From contig NC_082726.1 in the NCBI RefSeq assembly GCF_030144855.1, forward strand, positions 23,250,001 through 23,314,000: a stretch of DNA of 64,000 nucleotides. The letters are read 5' to 3'. The DNA is from Hypanus sabinus. Its lineage: Eukaryota. Of this stretch, positions 13,061 to 25,645 are shown one piece after another (the stretch's first letter is position 1; each line of letters opens with the position of its first letter). The position numbers and the translations under genes are program-made. The notes below the pieces were generated by a model. It was given only the letters and a program-made list of their open reading frames with translations. It was not told where the DNA came from and made no database searches.

Positions 13061-13266
13061 ATGGAAAATGAGGCCTACACTGCAGCTGAAAAGAAAATCT
13101 AAACATTAAACGGATACTGCTAGATTTCAGAGTCAGCTGACTTGAAAGTCCAATTTCTCAGTCAAAGGCCAAAAGCAAAAGGCAGCAAAGCGTTGCTGTG
13201 CTCTGTCCAATTCTTGTCAAGCATGGAGTTAATTACTATCACGATTAAATAACAATTAGCTGTCAC

Positions 13267-14708
13267 ATGAGAATTTTTAAAAAAGGAGGGAGAGAGAAAC
13301 TGGGGAATTATAGACTGGTTAGTCTGACATCGGTGGTGGGGAAAATGCTGGAGTCGGTTATCAATGATGTGATAACAGCACATTTGGAAAGAGGTGAAAT
13401 CATCGGACAAAGTCAGCATAGATTTGTGAAAGGAAAATCATGTCTGACGAATCTTATAGAATTTTTTGAAGATGTAACTAGTAGAGTGGATAGGGGAGAG
13501 CCAGTGGATGTGGTATATTTGGTTTTTCAAAAGGCTTTTGACAAGGTCCCACACAGGAGATTAGTATGCAAACTTAAAGCACACGGTATTGGGGGTATGA
13601 TATTGATGTGGATAGATAATTGGTTGGCAGACAGGAAGCAAAGAGTGGGCGTAAACGGGACCTTTTCAGAGTGGCAGGCAGTGACTAGTGGGGTACCGCA
13701 AGGCTCAGTGCTGGGACCCCAGTTGTTTATAATATATATTAATGATTTAGACGAGGAAATTAAATGCAGCTTCTCCAAGTTTGCGGATGACATGAAGCTG
13801 GGCGGTGGTGCTAGCTGTGAGGAGGATGCTAAGAGGATGCAGGGTGACTTGGATAGGTTAGGTGAGTGGGCAAATTCATGGCAGATGCAAATTAATGTGG
13901 ATAAATGTGAGGTTATCCACTTTGGTTGCAAGAACAGGAAAACAGATTATTATCTGAATGGTGGCCGATTAGGAAAAGGGGAGATGCAACGAGACCTGGG
14001 TGTCATTGTACACCAGTCATTGAAGGTGGGCATGCAGGTACATCAGGCGGTGAAAAAGGCAAATGGTATGTTGGCATTCATAGCAAAAGAATTTGAGTAC
14101 AGGAACAGGGAGGTTCTACTGCAGTTGTACAAGGCCTTGGTGAGACTGCACCTAGAATATTGTGTGCAGTTTTGGTCCCCTAATCTGAGGAAAGACATTC
14201 TTGCCATAGAGGGAGTACAAAGAAGGTTCACCAGATTGATTCCTGGGATGGCAGGACTTTCATATGAAGAAAGACTGGATCGACTAGGCTTATACTCACT
14301 GGAATTTAGAAGATTGAGGGGGGATCTTTGAAACATATAAAATTCTAAAGGGATTGGACAGGCTAGAAGCAGGAAGATTGTTTCTGATGTTGGGGAAGTC
14401 CAGAATGAGGGGTCACAGTTTAAAGGATAAAGGGGAAGCCTTTTAGGATGGAAATGAGGAAAAACTTCTTCACACAGAGTGGTGAATCTGTGGAATTCTC
14501 TGCCACAGGAAACAGTTGAGGCCGGTTCATTGGCTATACTTAAGAGGAAGTTAGATATGGCCCTTGTGGCTAAAGGGATCAGGGAGTATGGAGAGAAAGC
14601 AGGTACAGGGTTCTGAGTTGGATGATCAGCCATGATCATACTGAATGGCGGTGCAGGCTCGAAGGGCTGAATGGCCTACTCCTGCACCTATTTTCTATGT
14701 TTCTATGT
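13267..14708 (+). mobile_element. 5'-truncated CR1 LINE (reverse transcriptase)
   Basis: 354-aa ORF with NYRLVSLTSVVGK, GVPQGSVLGP, KFADD, YCVQFWSP; (ttctatgt)n tail at 14692-14708. Confidence 0.95.
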
Positions 14709-15476
14709 TAACTTACAAGCGCAATTGCCGTATCTACTGAGCCGCTGAATCCGTGGTTGTGACAGTTTTACTTTCATGATGGCCTTTCGTAGTTTATACT
14801 TGGACTTTTTGTAGGTGGTGGCAGGGTCTCACAGCCCAAGGGAAGAAGCTGTTACCCAGTCTGGCAGTCCTAGTCCCGATGCTTCTGCACCTTCTTAATG
14901 GTAGTGGGTCAGAGAGGTTGCGCGATAGGTGGTGGGGTCCTCAACAATGTTTTGGCCCCTTTGTCAGCAATGCTCAGTATGTGTCACAAATGGGGGGGAG
15001 GGAGACCCCGATGATCCACTCCATAGTTTTTACTCTCCATAGGGTCTTGCAGCATCTGTACCACACAATGCAGACATGACTTGGAACTTTGAGCCATTGG
15101 AGTGAGCTGGGTCAGTGTGTGGTCACCTCTGGCTCAATGAGTAGTGCTCTCCCTTCAGAGATCAGTGTTTCCATGTTCAAACCCTACAGCTGAGTTTTGA
15201 ACCCAAAATTCAACCAGATGGCAGAGTAAGGGTTAAGGTTAGCTATACATTAAAACAGTACACTTAACACGATATGGAGTAACTGACCCCTCTTTCACAG
15301 ATGCTGCCTAATCTGTTGACATTTTCATCATAATCTATACCTAGTTCTGTTATCCAGATAACCATCCAGGATTGACTGCAATTTGAGAATTAATACACAG
15401 AAAGAGCACAGCTGAATTTTCAGTTGGTTTCCCTGTTATTTTTACACCAATATAAAATGTGCTTGCACCAGTATTA

Positions 15477-15932
15477 AGGCTGATTTGTACTTGTGTGTAC
15501 GGGCTATGGCGCAGCCTATGCCATAGCCCTGATTATCACTTCTGCGTCGCTCTACGCCATAGCGAGCATGCGTTGATGTGCGCCAAAACGCTAGTTGGCG
15601 GTGGGGTTTCTATGCCACTGTATTGAGTTTCTTCGTGGGAGACATGGATGAGGAAATGCATTTCAAACATTTTTGCATGTCGGCAGGTAGATTTGATGAT
15701 CTGGTTCATCTATTTTGCATTGGTGTACAGACATGGTGGAGAAGAAGCAACTGGAAATGCGTAGGAGGAAATGCGATGCTACCAAGCGGACCAATCACAG
15801 TTGTTGTGGTCTGCGTCGCTGCGACGCGTGAGTGAGTTTTTTGGGGTGGTGCACGTAGCCCTGTGGCATAGGTACGGCATAGGGTGTGCGGTACCTATGA
15901 TGTAGCTGTGACGCACAAGTATAAATCAGCCT
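15477..15932 (+). mobile_element. PIF/Harbinger non-autonomous DNA transposon
   Basis: TIRs aggctgatttgtacttgtgtgt / acgcacaagtataaatcagcct; TTA TSD (15474-15476, 15933-15935); internal HFKHFCMSAGRFDDLVH resembles the Harbinger transposase N-terminal motif. Confidence 0.8.
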
Positions 15933-16779
15933 TTAGACTTGTGAAATGGATGCTGCGTCATAGTCAAAGTTGAGTTTAATGTTGCGTGCACAACTACAGG
16001 AGGTGCAATTATAAATCCAATTGGCAGCAGCATCACAGGTATATAACATCAGATATACCATACTGACAAGAAAAAGATAAACATTAAACTTTTCACAAGT
16101 TCTACAAGAAAGGATATAATTTATAAAGTCCATTGTGTTACAAAGCGATCATGGTGTTGCTATACTAATGTAGTGATTAGTGCTGTGCAGGTTGGTTCAA
16201 GAACAAAATTATTGTTCCCACTATTCATGGTACATTACTCAGGCTTAACTTTAATGATGTTTGTATTGTTCAGTGAAGGAAACGATGTTGTACTGAGAAT
16301 TCTGTCCGCGAAGGCTATTTATCTTTAAAGGTCTCAAATGCATTCCTGAGCAGATGTTTTGCCAGCTGTTTTCCTTGTGCTGATTAACTGGAGTTTGCTG
16401 GTTGTCTGTTCCGTACACATCTTCCATTCCACAGGGAGTAATTCTCTCTCATCTTAAGTTGTTTTTGATGCTTTTTAATCTTACACCCCACAGACCAAGT
16501 TTAACAAATCAACTTCCATTTGCATTGTGCTCTGTTGTTCTGCAACGGGCGAATATAGTTCTAATTTTCTTTGCTCCCAATGGAAAAAAATATGACCTAT
16601 GTATACTTGTTTGAAGTCACAAGCTCTGAGTTTATCTTGTTCCACCTGGGCTCTTCCCCAACACCTTCAGGTTGAGTTTAAGAAGAACATGCATTTTCTA
16701 TTATTGGACTCTATGAAGCATTCATTGTTTTACACAAGCTTTTAGTGAACTCACAGAACCAACCTGTTCTGATTTATTT

Positions 16780-17620
16780 TATTAACTGTAAGTCATAGTC
16801 ATGGAGCAGTACAGCACAGAAACAGGCTCTTGGGGCTATTGTGTATATGCCAGTCTTTTTTTGCCAACTATGCTTGTAACACCTGCTAGCATTGAGAGCA
16901 TATCCTTCTGCACTTTACTACTTGCCCTGAAGTATTTCTTTATCTAATGCTACCACCTCCTCTGTTGGTATGTGTCAGACATTAACTACTGTATGTGGAA
17001 AACAGACAATAGTTGATGTCTGACACCAACTTACCCTCAGATCCCTTTAAAACTCCTTCTTCGCACCTTAAACCGGTGTCCTCTTGTTTTTGGCTGCCAT
17101 GCCATGGTAAAAAGGCTTCTGAATATCCTCTCTATCTTGCCCTCTCAAATCCTGTATATCATGGCGGCCCTCAGCTTCAATCACTTCAGGGAAAACGCGC
17201 CCAGCCTATCTAATCTCTCCCCATAACCCAAGTCCTCCAAGTCCAGCAACTTTTTAGTTTAACCCCTTTCCGCATTTTCTACAGTGCAATCCCATTCTTC
17301 CCACAGTGAGGTGACCGGAAGTGTACACAGGACTCTTCAGTGTGGCCGACTCAGTGTTTTCAAAGTAATTCCAGAGTCATACATATTTCCCGTAGGCACG
17401 TGACCAGAACTTCACACAATATTCAAAATTAGGCCTCACCAATGTCTTATACGGCTTCAACGTTACATCCCAATGCCTGTACTCAGTACTTTGATTTATG
17501 AAGGCCAACATGCCAAAAGCTCCCTTCACGATCCTATCTAGCTGCGACAGCACTTTCCAAGAACTATGGATCTGTATTCTCATATCCCTCTGTTCTGCCC
17601 CACTCCTCAATGCCCAATGT
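16780..17620 (-). mobile_element. Decayed CR1 3' fragments
   Basis: YKTLVRPNFEYCVKFWS (17377-17610 -). Confidence 0.75.
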
Positions 17621-17669
17621 TCAGTCTCTGTGGCCTCTTATGATTGTTGCACATTGGAGCCTAACCTAA

Positions 17670-18160
17670 CTGGGAAGATCAGCATCATGTTTATTATCAT
17701 TAAAATATGTTATCATTGTTTTATGTCAGCAGTACAATGTAAGACATAAAAAAATTACTTAGTTACCAAAAAAAAGCAAAAGAGGAACAATGAAATAGCA
17801 TTCATGGGTTCATGGACTGTTCAGAAATTCAGTAGCAGAGAGGAAGAAGCTGTTCCTAAAACGTTGAGTGGTTTTCAGGTACCTGAATTTCTTCCCTGAC
17901 AACAGTATTGAGAACATGGCGTTTTCTGGATAGTGAGGGTTCTTAATGATAGCTGCTGCCATCTTGAGGCACTGTCTAGACAGTATGTCCTTGATGGTGG
18001 GGAGGCTTGTATTTGTGACAGAGCTGGCTGAATTTACAACTCTCTGTAGCTCTTATGATCCTGTACAGTGGGATCTCCACACCAGGTGGTGAAGAACCCA
18101 GTCAGAATGCTCTCCACTGAACATCTGTAGATATTTGCAAGAATCTTTGGTGACATATAT
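17670..18160 (-). mobile_element. Rex1/Babar 3' fragment
   Basis: Nucleotide similarity to the 11340-11760 block and the same tail type. Confidence 0.55.
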
Positions 18161-18297
18161 ACCCATGGGGATCACAGTGAGAACATGCCACCTGCACACA
18201 GACAGCACCTGAGGCCAGAAACGAACACAGTTCTTCAGAGCACTAACTGCTGCTCCACCATGTCACTCTGTGTATTTATCTACAATAAATATAGGCA

Positions 18298-20240
18298 GCA
18301 TGGAGTAAATGAGGTGCTCGAGGAATATAAGAATGTAAGAAGAATCTAAAGAAAAAAATGAGAAAAGCTAAAAGAAGATATGAGGTTGCTTTGGCAAGTA
18401 AGGTGAAAATAAATTCGAAGGGTTTCTACAGTTATATTAATAGCAAAAGTATAGTGAGGGATAAAATTGGTCCCTTAGAGAATCAGAGTGGACAGCTATG
18501 TGTGGAACCGAAAGAGATGGGTGAGATTTTGAACAATTTCTTTTCTTCAGTATTCACTAAGGAGAAGGATATTGAATTATGTAAGGTAAGGGAAACAAGT
18601 AGGGAAGTAATGGAAGCTATGACGATTAAAAAGAAGGAAGTACTGGCGCTTTTAAGGAATATAAAAGTGGATAAATCTGTGGATCCTGACAGGATATTCC
18701 CTAGGACCTTGAAGGAGGTTAGTGTAGAAATAGCAGGGGCTCTGACAGAAATATTTCAAATGTCATTAGAAACGGGGATGGTGCCGGAGAATTGGCGTAT
18801 TGCTCATGTGGGTCCATCATTTAAAAAGTGTTGTAAGAGTAAACCTAGCATTTATAGGCCTGTCAGTTTGATGTCAGTGGTGAGTAAATTAATGGAAAGT
18901 ATTCTTAGAGATGGTATATATAATTATCTGGATAGACAGGGTCTGATTAGGAACAGCCAGCATGGATTTGTGTGTGGAAGGTCATGTTTGACAAATCTTA
19001 TTGAATTTTTTGAAGAGGTTATGAGGAAAGTTGACAAGGGTAAAGCAGTGGATGTTGTCTATATGGACTTCAGTAAGGCCTTTGACAAGGTTCCTCACGG
19101 AAGGTTAGTTAGGAAGGTTCAATCATTAGGTATTAATATTGAAGTAGTAAAATGGATTCAACAGTGGCTGGATGGGAGATGCCAGAGAGTAGTGGAGGTT
19201 AACTGTCAGGTTGGAGGCCGGTGACTAGTGGTGTGCCTCAGGGATCTGTACTGGGTCCAATGTTGTTTGTCATATACAGTAATGATCTGGATGATGGGGT
19301 GGTAAATTGGATTAGTAAGTATGCAGATAATGCTAAGGTAGGTGGAGTTGTGGATAATGAAGTAGGGTTTCAAAGCTTGCAGAGAGATTTAGGCCAGTTA
19401 GAAGAGTGGGCTGAATGATGGCAGATGGAGTTTAATGCTGATAAGTGTGAGGTGCTACATTTTGGTAGGAATAATCCAAATAGAACGTACATGGTAAATG
19501 GTAGGGCATTGAAGAATGCAGTAGAACAGAGTGGTCTAGGAATAATGGTGCATAGTTCCCTGATGGTGGAATCTCATGTGGATAGGGTGGTGAAGAAAGC
19601 TTTTGGTATGCTGGCCTTTATAAATTAGAGCATTGAGTATAGGAGTTGGGATGTAATGTTAAAATTGTACAAGGCACTGATAAGGTCTAATTTGGAGTAT
19701 TGTGTACAGTTCTGGTCACCGAATTATAGGAAAGATGTCAACAAAATAGAGAGTACAGTGAAAATTTACTAGAATGTTACCTGGGTTTCAGCACCTAAGT
19801 TACAGGGAAAGGTTGAACAAGTTAGGTCTTTATTCTTTGGAGCGTAGAAGGTTGAGAGGGGACTTGATAGAGGTATTTAAATTTATGAGGGGATAGATAG
19901 AGTTGATGTGGATAGTCTTTTTCCATTGACAGTAGGGGAGATTCAAATAAGAGGACATGAGTTGAGAGTTAGGGGGCAAAAGTTTAAGGGTAACATGAGG
20001 GGGAATTTCTTTACTTAGAGAGTGGTAGCTGTGTGGAACAAGCTTCCAGTAGAAGTGGTAGAGGCAGGTTTGTTATTGTCATTTAAAGTAAAATTGGATA
20101 GGTATATGGACAGGAAAGGAATGGAGGATTATGGGCTGAGTGCAGGCAGTGGAACTAAGTGAGAGTAAGCGTTCGGCATGGACTAGAAGGGCCGAGATGG
20201 CCTGTTTCCATGCTGTAATTGTTATATTATATGGTTATAT
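18298..20240 (+). mobile_element. 5'-truncated CR1 LINE
   Basis: ORFs 18358-19224, 19221-19418 and 19425-19628 together form ORF2 linker plus RT (YRPVSL, TSGVPQGSVLGP, KYADN, MEFNADKCEV); (ttata)-rich tail at ~20220-20240. Confidence 0.95.
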
Positions 20241-20872
20241 ACGTGTGGTGTTCAGGGAGAGGAACACGGAAGCCCAATGTATTCGGCCCACAAATGTTGT
20301 ACCAACCTTTTAACCTATTCCAAGATCAATCTAATCCTCCTTCTTACATAACCCTCCATTTTTCTGTCATCTAATCAACCCATCCAGTTTGTTCTAACCC
20401 ATTCCCCTTTGTGCTGACCACCAAGCACTGTTTCCATCAGTTTTTGTTTTATTGTTCTTGCATGACCTCACCCCCCCCAGATTCTACTACTTGCCTCCTA
20501 TACGTAGAAACAGTTTATAGTGACTAATTAACCTGTCAATCAGTGTGTCTTTGAGATATGCGAGGAAACGAGCACTTGGAGGAAATCCACGTAGTCACAG
20601 GGAGAACATGCTCCCTTTGCTCAGGTTGAGCATGAGTTTCTGGAGCTGTGAAGCAGTGGCTCTACCAGACTGACCACTGTGCCACGATGGCAGCAGGAGT
20701 AAATTCTTTGCAATTCTTCAAGAATCAAGAATACCATGGAACCTTTTGCATCCAAGTGAGAAATGGGACCTCAGTTCAACTTCTTCTCTGAAAGATACCA
20801 GCTTTTTTAAAAAAAAACGGTCATGCTCCTTTAGTACTGTGCTGGAAGATCAGCCTAGTTATAACTTGTAGG

Positions 20873-20969
20873 AAACTCATGAGATTCTGCAGATGCAGGA
20901 AACCTTAAGCAACGTCTATGTAGACACTGCCTGATCTGGTGAGCTCCTCCAGCATTTTGTGTGGGTTGC
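20873..20969. mobile_element. PLE-derived mini foldback
   Basis: Inverted pLTR termini; degenerate TSD ttataacttgtagg (20859) / ttataatttataag (20970). Confidence 0.6.
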
Positions 20970-21661
20970 TTATAATTTATAAGAGTCAGCTGTCCTAGAA
21001 CATAATAATGTAGCACAGCAATGGGCTCTTTGGCCCACAATGTCAATGCTGACTGCCCCGCTGAATTAGCCTAAATCTCTTCTGCCCCCACATGATCCAT
21101 TTCCTGCTTATACATGTGTCTATCTAACCAGCCACGTAAACATCATTATCGTACCTGTTTCCTTCGCTACCCCTGGCAACCCTTTTCAGGCACCTACTGA
21201 AGTTCACCAGAGATGCTGTGTCCAAGCTGTCTACACAAGCTAGTACTCAAGCCAGGGCAGTATGTTGTGGAGAGCAAGTTGTTGCCTATTAGAATGTTCT
21301 TCGGGGTTGGGACATGCAGCACACAACCTTAACAGACTTCAGCCACTAGCCTTTAGATCTGAATATGAATTGTGGATTAAATCAAAAATGCAGCTCTGAA
21401 CAAGAGGTTCCTAAGAACCATGAACCAAGCTAAGACGAAAACAGGCATACTGATTTAAATTTGTTACTTGTGTGCCTTTAGGTGTCCGTAATATAGGTGC
21501 GACCCGGACGGTAGGAAGATCCAGGGTTTTGACTCTGTTACATGTAGTTCAAAGGAAGTATTGTAAATATGGATCTGTTTGAATTGGCCTAAATTTGTCT
21601 TTGATTTTTAGCAAATGAAATGTAATGCAGTGTTGGGTCAAGCAGACCTGTTGCTCCGAAT

Positions 21662-21813
21662 NNNNNNNNNNNNNNNNNNNNNNNNNNNNNNNNNNNNNNN
21701 NNNNNNNNNNNNNNNNNNNNNNNNNNNNNNNNNNNNNNNNNNNNNNNNNNNNNNNNNNNNNNNNNNNNNNNNNNNNNNNNNNNNNNNNNNNNNNNNNNNN
21801 NNNNNNNNNNNNN
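21662..21813. other. Assembly gap (152 N)
   Basis: Run of n characters; ORFs spanning it are artefacts. Confidence 1.
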
Positions 21814-22979
21814 CATCCCATTTTCCCTCCTTCCGAAGGCCGTCAGCTTATTTGTGATATTTTGTTGAATATAGAGACTGCTTCCTATCTCCCAGTACTT
21901 TTCACCAGTGATTTCATTCACACATAACACAGCCATGCAGCAGGCTCCCCCTCTCCATGCAGCTGATGAATCCAGGGAAATGGCAGAGAACAGTACATTT
22001 TGGTACCAACAGTGTCGCAGGAGTTGTCAGTTAGTGTTGAATTCAACAAGGCTGCAGAGGTTTGAAATGAGTTTTCCTCCTCTTAGCTAAGCTGCCAACT
22101 ATGGCTGACGAGCTCCATCTGCCTGAAGCAACTGGTTTTAAGGCACCAGTAACTTGCCTTTGCCCTTTCTCCTTGTCTTGTCTTGTAACTCCATAAACCA
22201 ACCAAAGGAAAAGCACAGGAGCAGAGTTTTCTTCTAGTGAGGCTCACATATGACATGGTGTCATAATGACGTATGCTGTTCACATACTTTTACATATGGT
22301 ACTGTAAAGAAATGAGCAATATTCAGAACATGGTTGTAAATTCCTTGAAAATGTGTCCGTATGTTGTGGAATCAGTTCAGTGTTGAGGTGAGTCAAGTTG
22401 TCCACGCTGGGAAGCTGTCAGGATGCCTCTGGAGCACTGCATTATGTGGAAGCTGTGCAGAGGGGCAGAAGAGATTTACCAGGATGCTGCCAGCATTAGA
22501 GTGCATTTGCCAGAGGAAGGGTTGGACAACCGTGGGCTGAGCTGAGACCTGACGGAAGTTTAAAGGATTAAAGGAGGCCTATATAGAGTCAATAGCAAGT
22601 ATCTTTATCCCATGGTCAAAATATCTAAAACTGGAGGGCACACATTTAAGATGAGAGGGGGTAAGTTCAAAGGAGGTGTGCAGGGCAAGTCCTTTGCACA
22701 GAGAGTAGTGAGTGTCCCGAATATGCTGTCAGGGGTGGTAGTGGAGGCAAATGTGACAGAAGTGTTTAAGAGGCTCTTAGAAAGGCAGATGAATATGGAC
22801 ACTGTGCAGGCAGAAACAATTAGTTCAGTTGGGTATTTAATAACTAGTTTAATGAGTTCAGCATAACACCATGGGCTGAGGGGCATGTCCCTGCGCAGTG
22901 TTGTTATCTGTTCTATGTCTCACACTTGGAGATACAGTACAGCAGACTTCACATACCTATTCACTTTGATTTCTTCCAG

Positions 22980-23330
22980 GAGCTTTGGAGATCCAAGTTC
23001 CCGAATTCCCTGTGATTGCCAGATATGGGAAGGATGTCACCCTGAACTGCACTTTCACGGCAGAGGGCAACTTTTCCCTTAGTGACCTCAGTGTCATATG
23101 GCTACTCACCGAGACTCGAACCATGGTACACACCTTCTCCCACCAACAGAACATTCAGAACGACCAGGAAGACGGCTTTGTGAACAGGACGGCCCTCTTC
23201 CTGGAGGAGCTGGGCAAAGGGAATGCCTCCTTACTCCTGAGGCACGTGAAGATCGAGGATGAAGGCAGCTTCACCTGCTTTGTTCGAATTAAAGACCACA
23301 ACAGCGCTCCTATCATGCTCCAGCTCGCAG
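22980..23330 (+). CDS. CD276: CD276 (B7-H3) IgV-domain exon, phase 1-1, 351 nt
   Basis: Acceptor ttcttccag|GA, donor GCAG|gtaccc. Encodes (G)ALEIQVPEFPVIARYGKDVTLNCTF...IW...NRTALFLEELGKGNASLLLRHVKIEDEGSFTCFVRIKDHNSAPIMLQLA, collinear with human B7-H3 IgV (GALEVQVPEDPVV...NRTALF...GNASLRL...DEGSFTCFVSIRDF). Confidence 0.93.
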
Positions 23331-23454
23331 GTACCCTGTTGTTCATCAGAGCAATTTACTGACCCCGATCAGTTCCCAACCAACCATTCTTATTTTTGCT
23401 TTCATCACTAGCCCATGCTTTTTAATTCAAGAATATATTTTTATCCTTGAAATA

Positions 23455-23993
23455 CTTTCTGTGTCCACTTTATTAGGTACATCTCTGCTCATCAGTGCTG
23501 ATATCGGGTCAGCCAATCATGCGGCTGCATCAGTGCATAAAAGCATGCAGTCATGGTCAATAAGTTAATTTGTTGTTCAGACCAAATATCAGAATGGGGA
23601 AGGAATGTGATCTAAATTACTTTGACCGTGGAATGATTGTTGGTGCCTGGCAGGGTGGTTTGAGTATCTCAGAAACAGCTGGTCTCCTGGGAATTTCACA
23701 CACAACAGTCTCTAGAGTTTACAGAGAATGGTGTGAAAAACAAAAAAAAATCAATCCGGTGAGTGGCAGTTCTGTGGATGAAAATGCCTTGTTAATGAGT
23801 GAGGTTAAATGAGACTTGGCAGACCGTTTCAAATGGACAGGAAGGCGACAGTAACTCAGATAACCACGTGTTACAACAGTGGTGTGCAGAAGACCATCCT
23901 GAGTGCACAACATGTCGAAGCTTGAAGTGGATGGGCTATAGCAGCAGAAGATCATTAATGTACTGGAGGTGCAGAATAAAGGGCCAATGAGTG
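23455..23993 (+). mobile_element. Tc1-like non-autonomous element
   Basis: Degenerate TIRs (ccactttattaggtac / aataaagggccaatgagtg); paired-like HTH remnant DRGMIVGAWQGGLSISETAGLLGISHTTVSRVYREW. Confidence 0.85.
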
Positions 23994-24332
23994 TGTACAC
24001 GGGAAATGCAATACAAGCAGTGCGTATCTGTGCATACATTAATCTTACCATCAAATCAATACATTCTATATACACGTGTGTTTCCTTTTCATTGCATCCA
24101 CTAAGTGTTTGACAGGCTGTCACACAGGACCCAACAACCTCCCCACCCCGGTGTCAAGTCATGGTAGAATCCTAGACTGTAGTCCTTCCTCACAGATTCC
24201 CTGCTTTGGCTACACCAGGCGTCAGTGCTTTCTTGCTCAGCATGTGCTCTTGCCAGGACCAGTCCTTTATCAGATCAGGCTAGCTTATCTTCATATGCAC
24301 CAGGATGCAATAAAGCTCCTTGCTGTGAAGTT

Positions 24333-24479
24333 AAAAAGCAAACATGAGGAAATCTGCAGATGCTGGAAATTCAAGCAACATGAAGGGTCCTGACAAAGGG
24401 TCTTGGCCCAAAACGTCGACAGCGCTTCTCCCTATAGATGCTGCCTGGCCTGCTATGTTCCACCAGCATTTTGTGTGTG
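24333..24479 (+). mobile_element. PLE-derived mini element (inverted terminus plus pLTR with decayed hammerhead)
   Basis: Exact 13-bp TSD ttgctgtgaagtt at 24320-24332 and 24480-24492; core ctgacaa...caaaacgtcgac. Confidence 0.8.
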
Positions 24480-24989
24480 TTGCTGTGAAGTTCCCAGATT
24501 AAACAAGTACATGTTATCTATAAAAACAGCAATAAGTGCAAAACAATAATGCAAACTTTAGTTATTATGGTTCAGCACCCCTGTGAGTAAAATTTGTTCT
24601 TCCATGTCAATTTGACTTCTCATTCCTGTTCTGACATGTCTGCCCATAGCTTCCTCTGTTGACATGAAGAGGCCAATTTCAGGTTAGAGGAGCAAACCTA
24701 ATATTCTGTCTGGGTAGCCTCCAACCTGGTGGCATTAGCATCAATTTCTCCATTCGCAGTAATTTCTCCTCCTTCCTTCCTCTTTCTCCATTCCCCATTT
24801 AGGTTACCCTCACCCCTTCTCTTCTCCTAACCTGCCATCACCTTCCTCTGGTTCCCCTTCTCCATGGACCATTGTCTGCTCTTATTAGATTCCTTCTGCT
24901 TCACTCTTTCACCAATCCTGTTTCAGCTTCTTTCTTCAGCATCCATCCCCCACACATCCCCTTCCCCCTAGTGTGTGTGATCCCCCGAC

Positions 24990-25400
24990 TCCCCCCTTCC
25001 CCCTCACCTGGTCTCACCGATTCCCTTCCTTCTCACCCACACACCACCTTCCCTCTCAGCTGGCCTAATCTATTCCCCTCTATCCCTCCCCACACACCCC
25101 TTTCCTCCTCACCTAATCTCACTGATTCCCTTCCACCTTCTCCCTCACCTGGTCTCACCAATTCCCCTCTACCCTCTCCCCCTTCTCCCACACCTGGTCT
25201 CACCGATTCCCTTCCTTCTCACCCACACACCACCTTCCCTCTCAGCTGGCCTAATCTATTCCCCTCTATCCCTCCCCACACACCCCCTTCCTCCTCACCT
25301 AATCTCACCGATTCCCTTCCACCTTCTCCCTCAACTGGTCTCACCAATTCCCCTCTACCCTCTCCCACACACCTCCCTCACCTGGTCTCACCGATTCATT
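24990..25400. repeat. C/T-rich tandem repeat, 186-bp period built from ctcacctggtctcacc-like subunits
   Basis: cacctggtctcaccgattcccttccttctcacc recurs at 25005 and 25191; about 2.2 copies. Confidence 0.9.
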
Positions 25401-25404
25401 GCTA

Positions 25405-25645
25405 GTTTGTATTTTATTAATTTAGCAATACAGCAGGGAACAGGCCACCCTGCTCAACAATCCACCTACTTAACACTAGCCTAATCACAGGATGATTTAT
25501 AATGACTGTTGGCCTACTAACCAGTGTGTCTTTGAACCATGGTAGGAAGCCAGTGGGTCATGTCTCCTTACAGACAGTGCCGGTATAGAACTCTGAACTC
25601 CAGAATGCCCCGAACTGTAATGGCGTTGTGCTAACCTTTCACTCC
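25405..25645 (-). mobile_element. V-SINE/HE1-like SINE
   Basis: Similar to the minus-strand copies at 36480-36720 and 56640-56850. Confidence 0.55.

Noticed and set aside
21549-21936. ORFs spanning 21549-21936
   Set aside because: They are open only because of the N gap.
24872-25405. 177-aa Pro/Ser-rich ORF resembling a mucin stalk between IgV and IgC
   Set aside because: It is the translation of a C/T-rich tandem repeat that cannot easily contain stop codons; no supporting splice sites were found.
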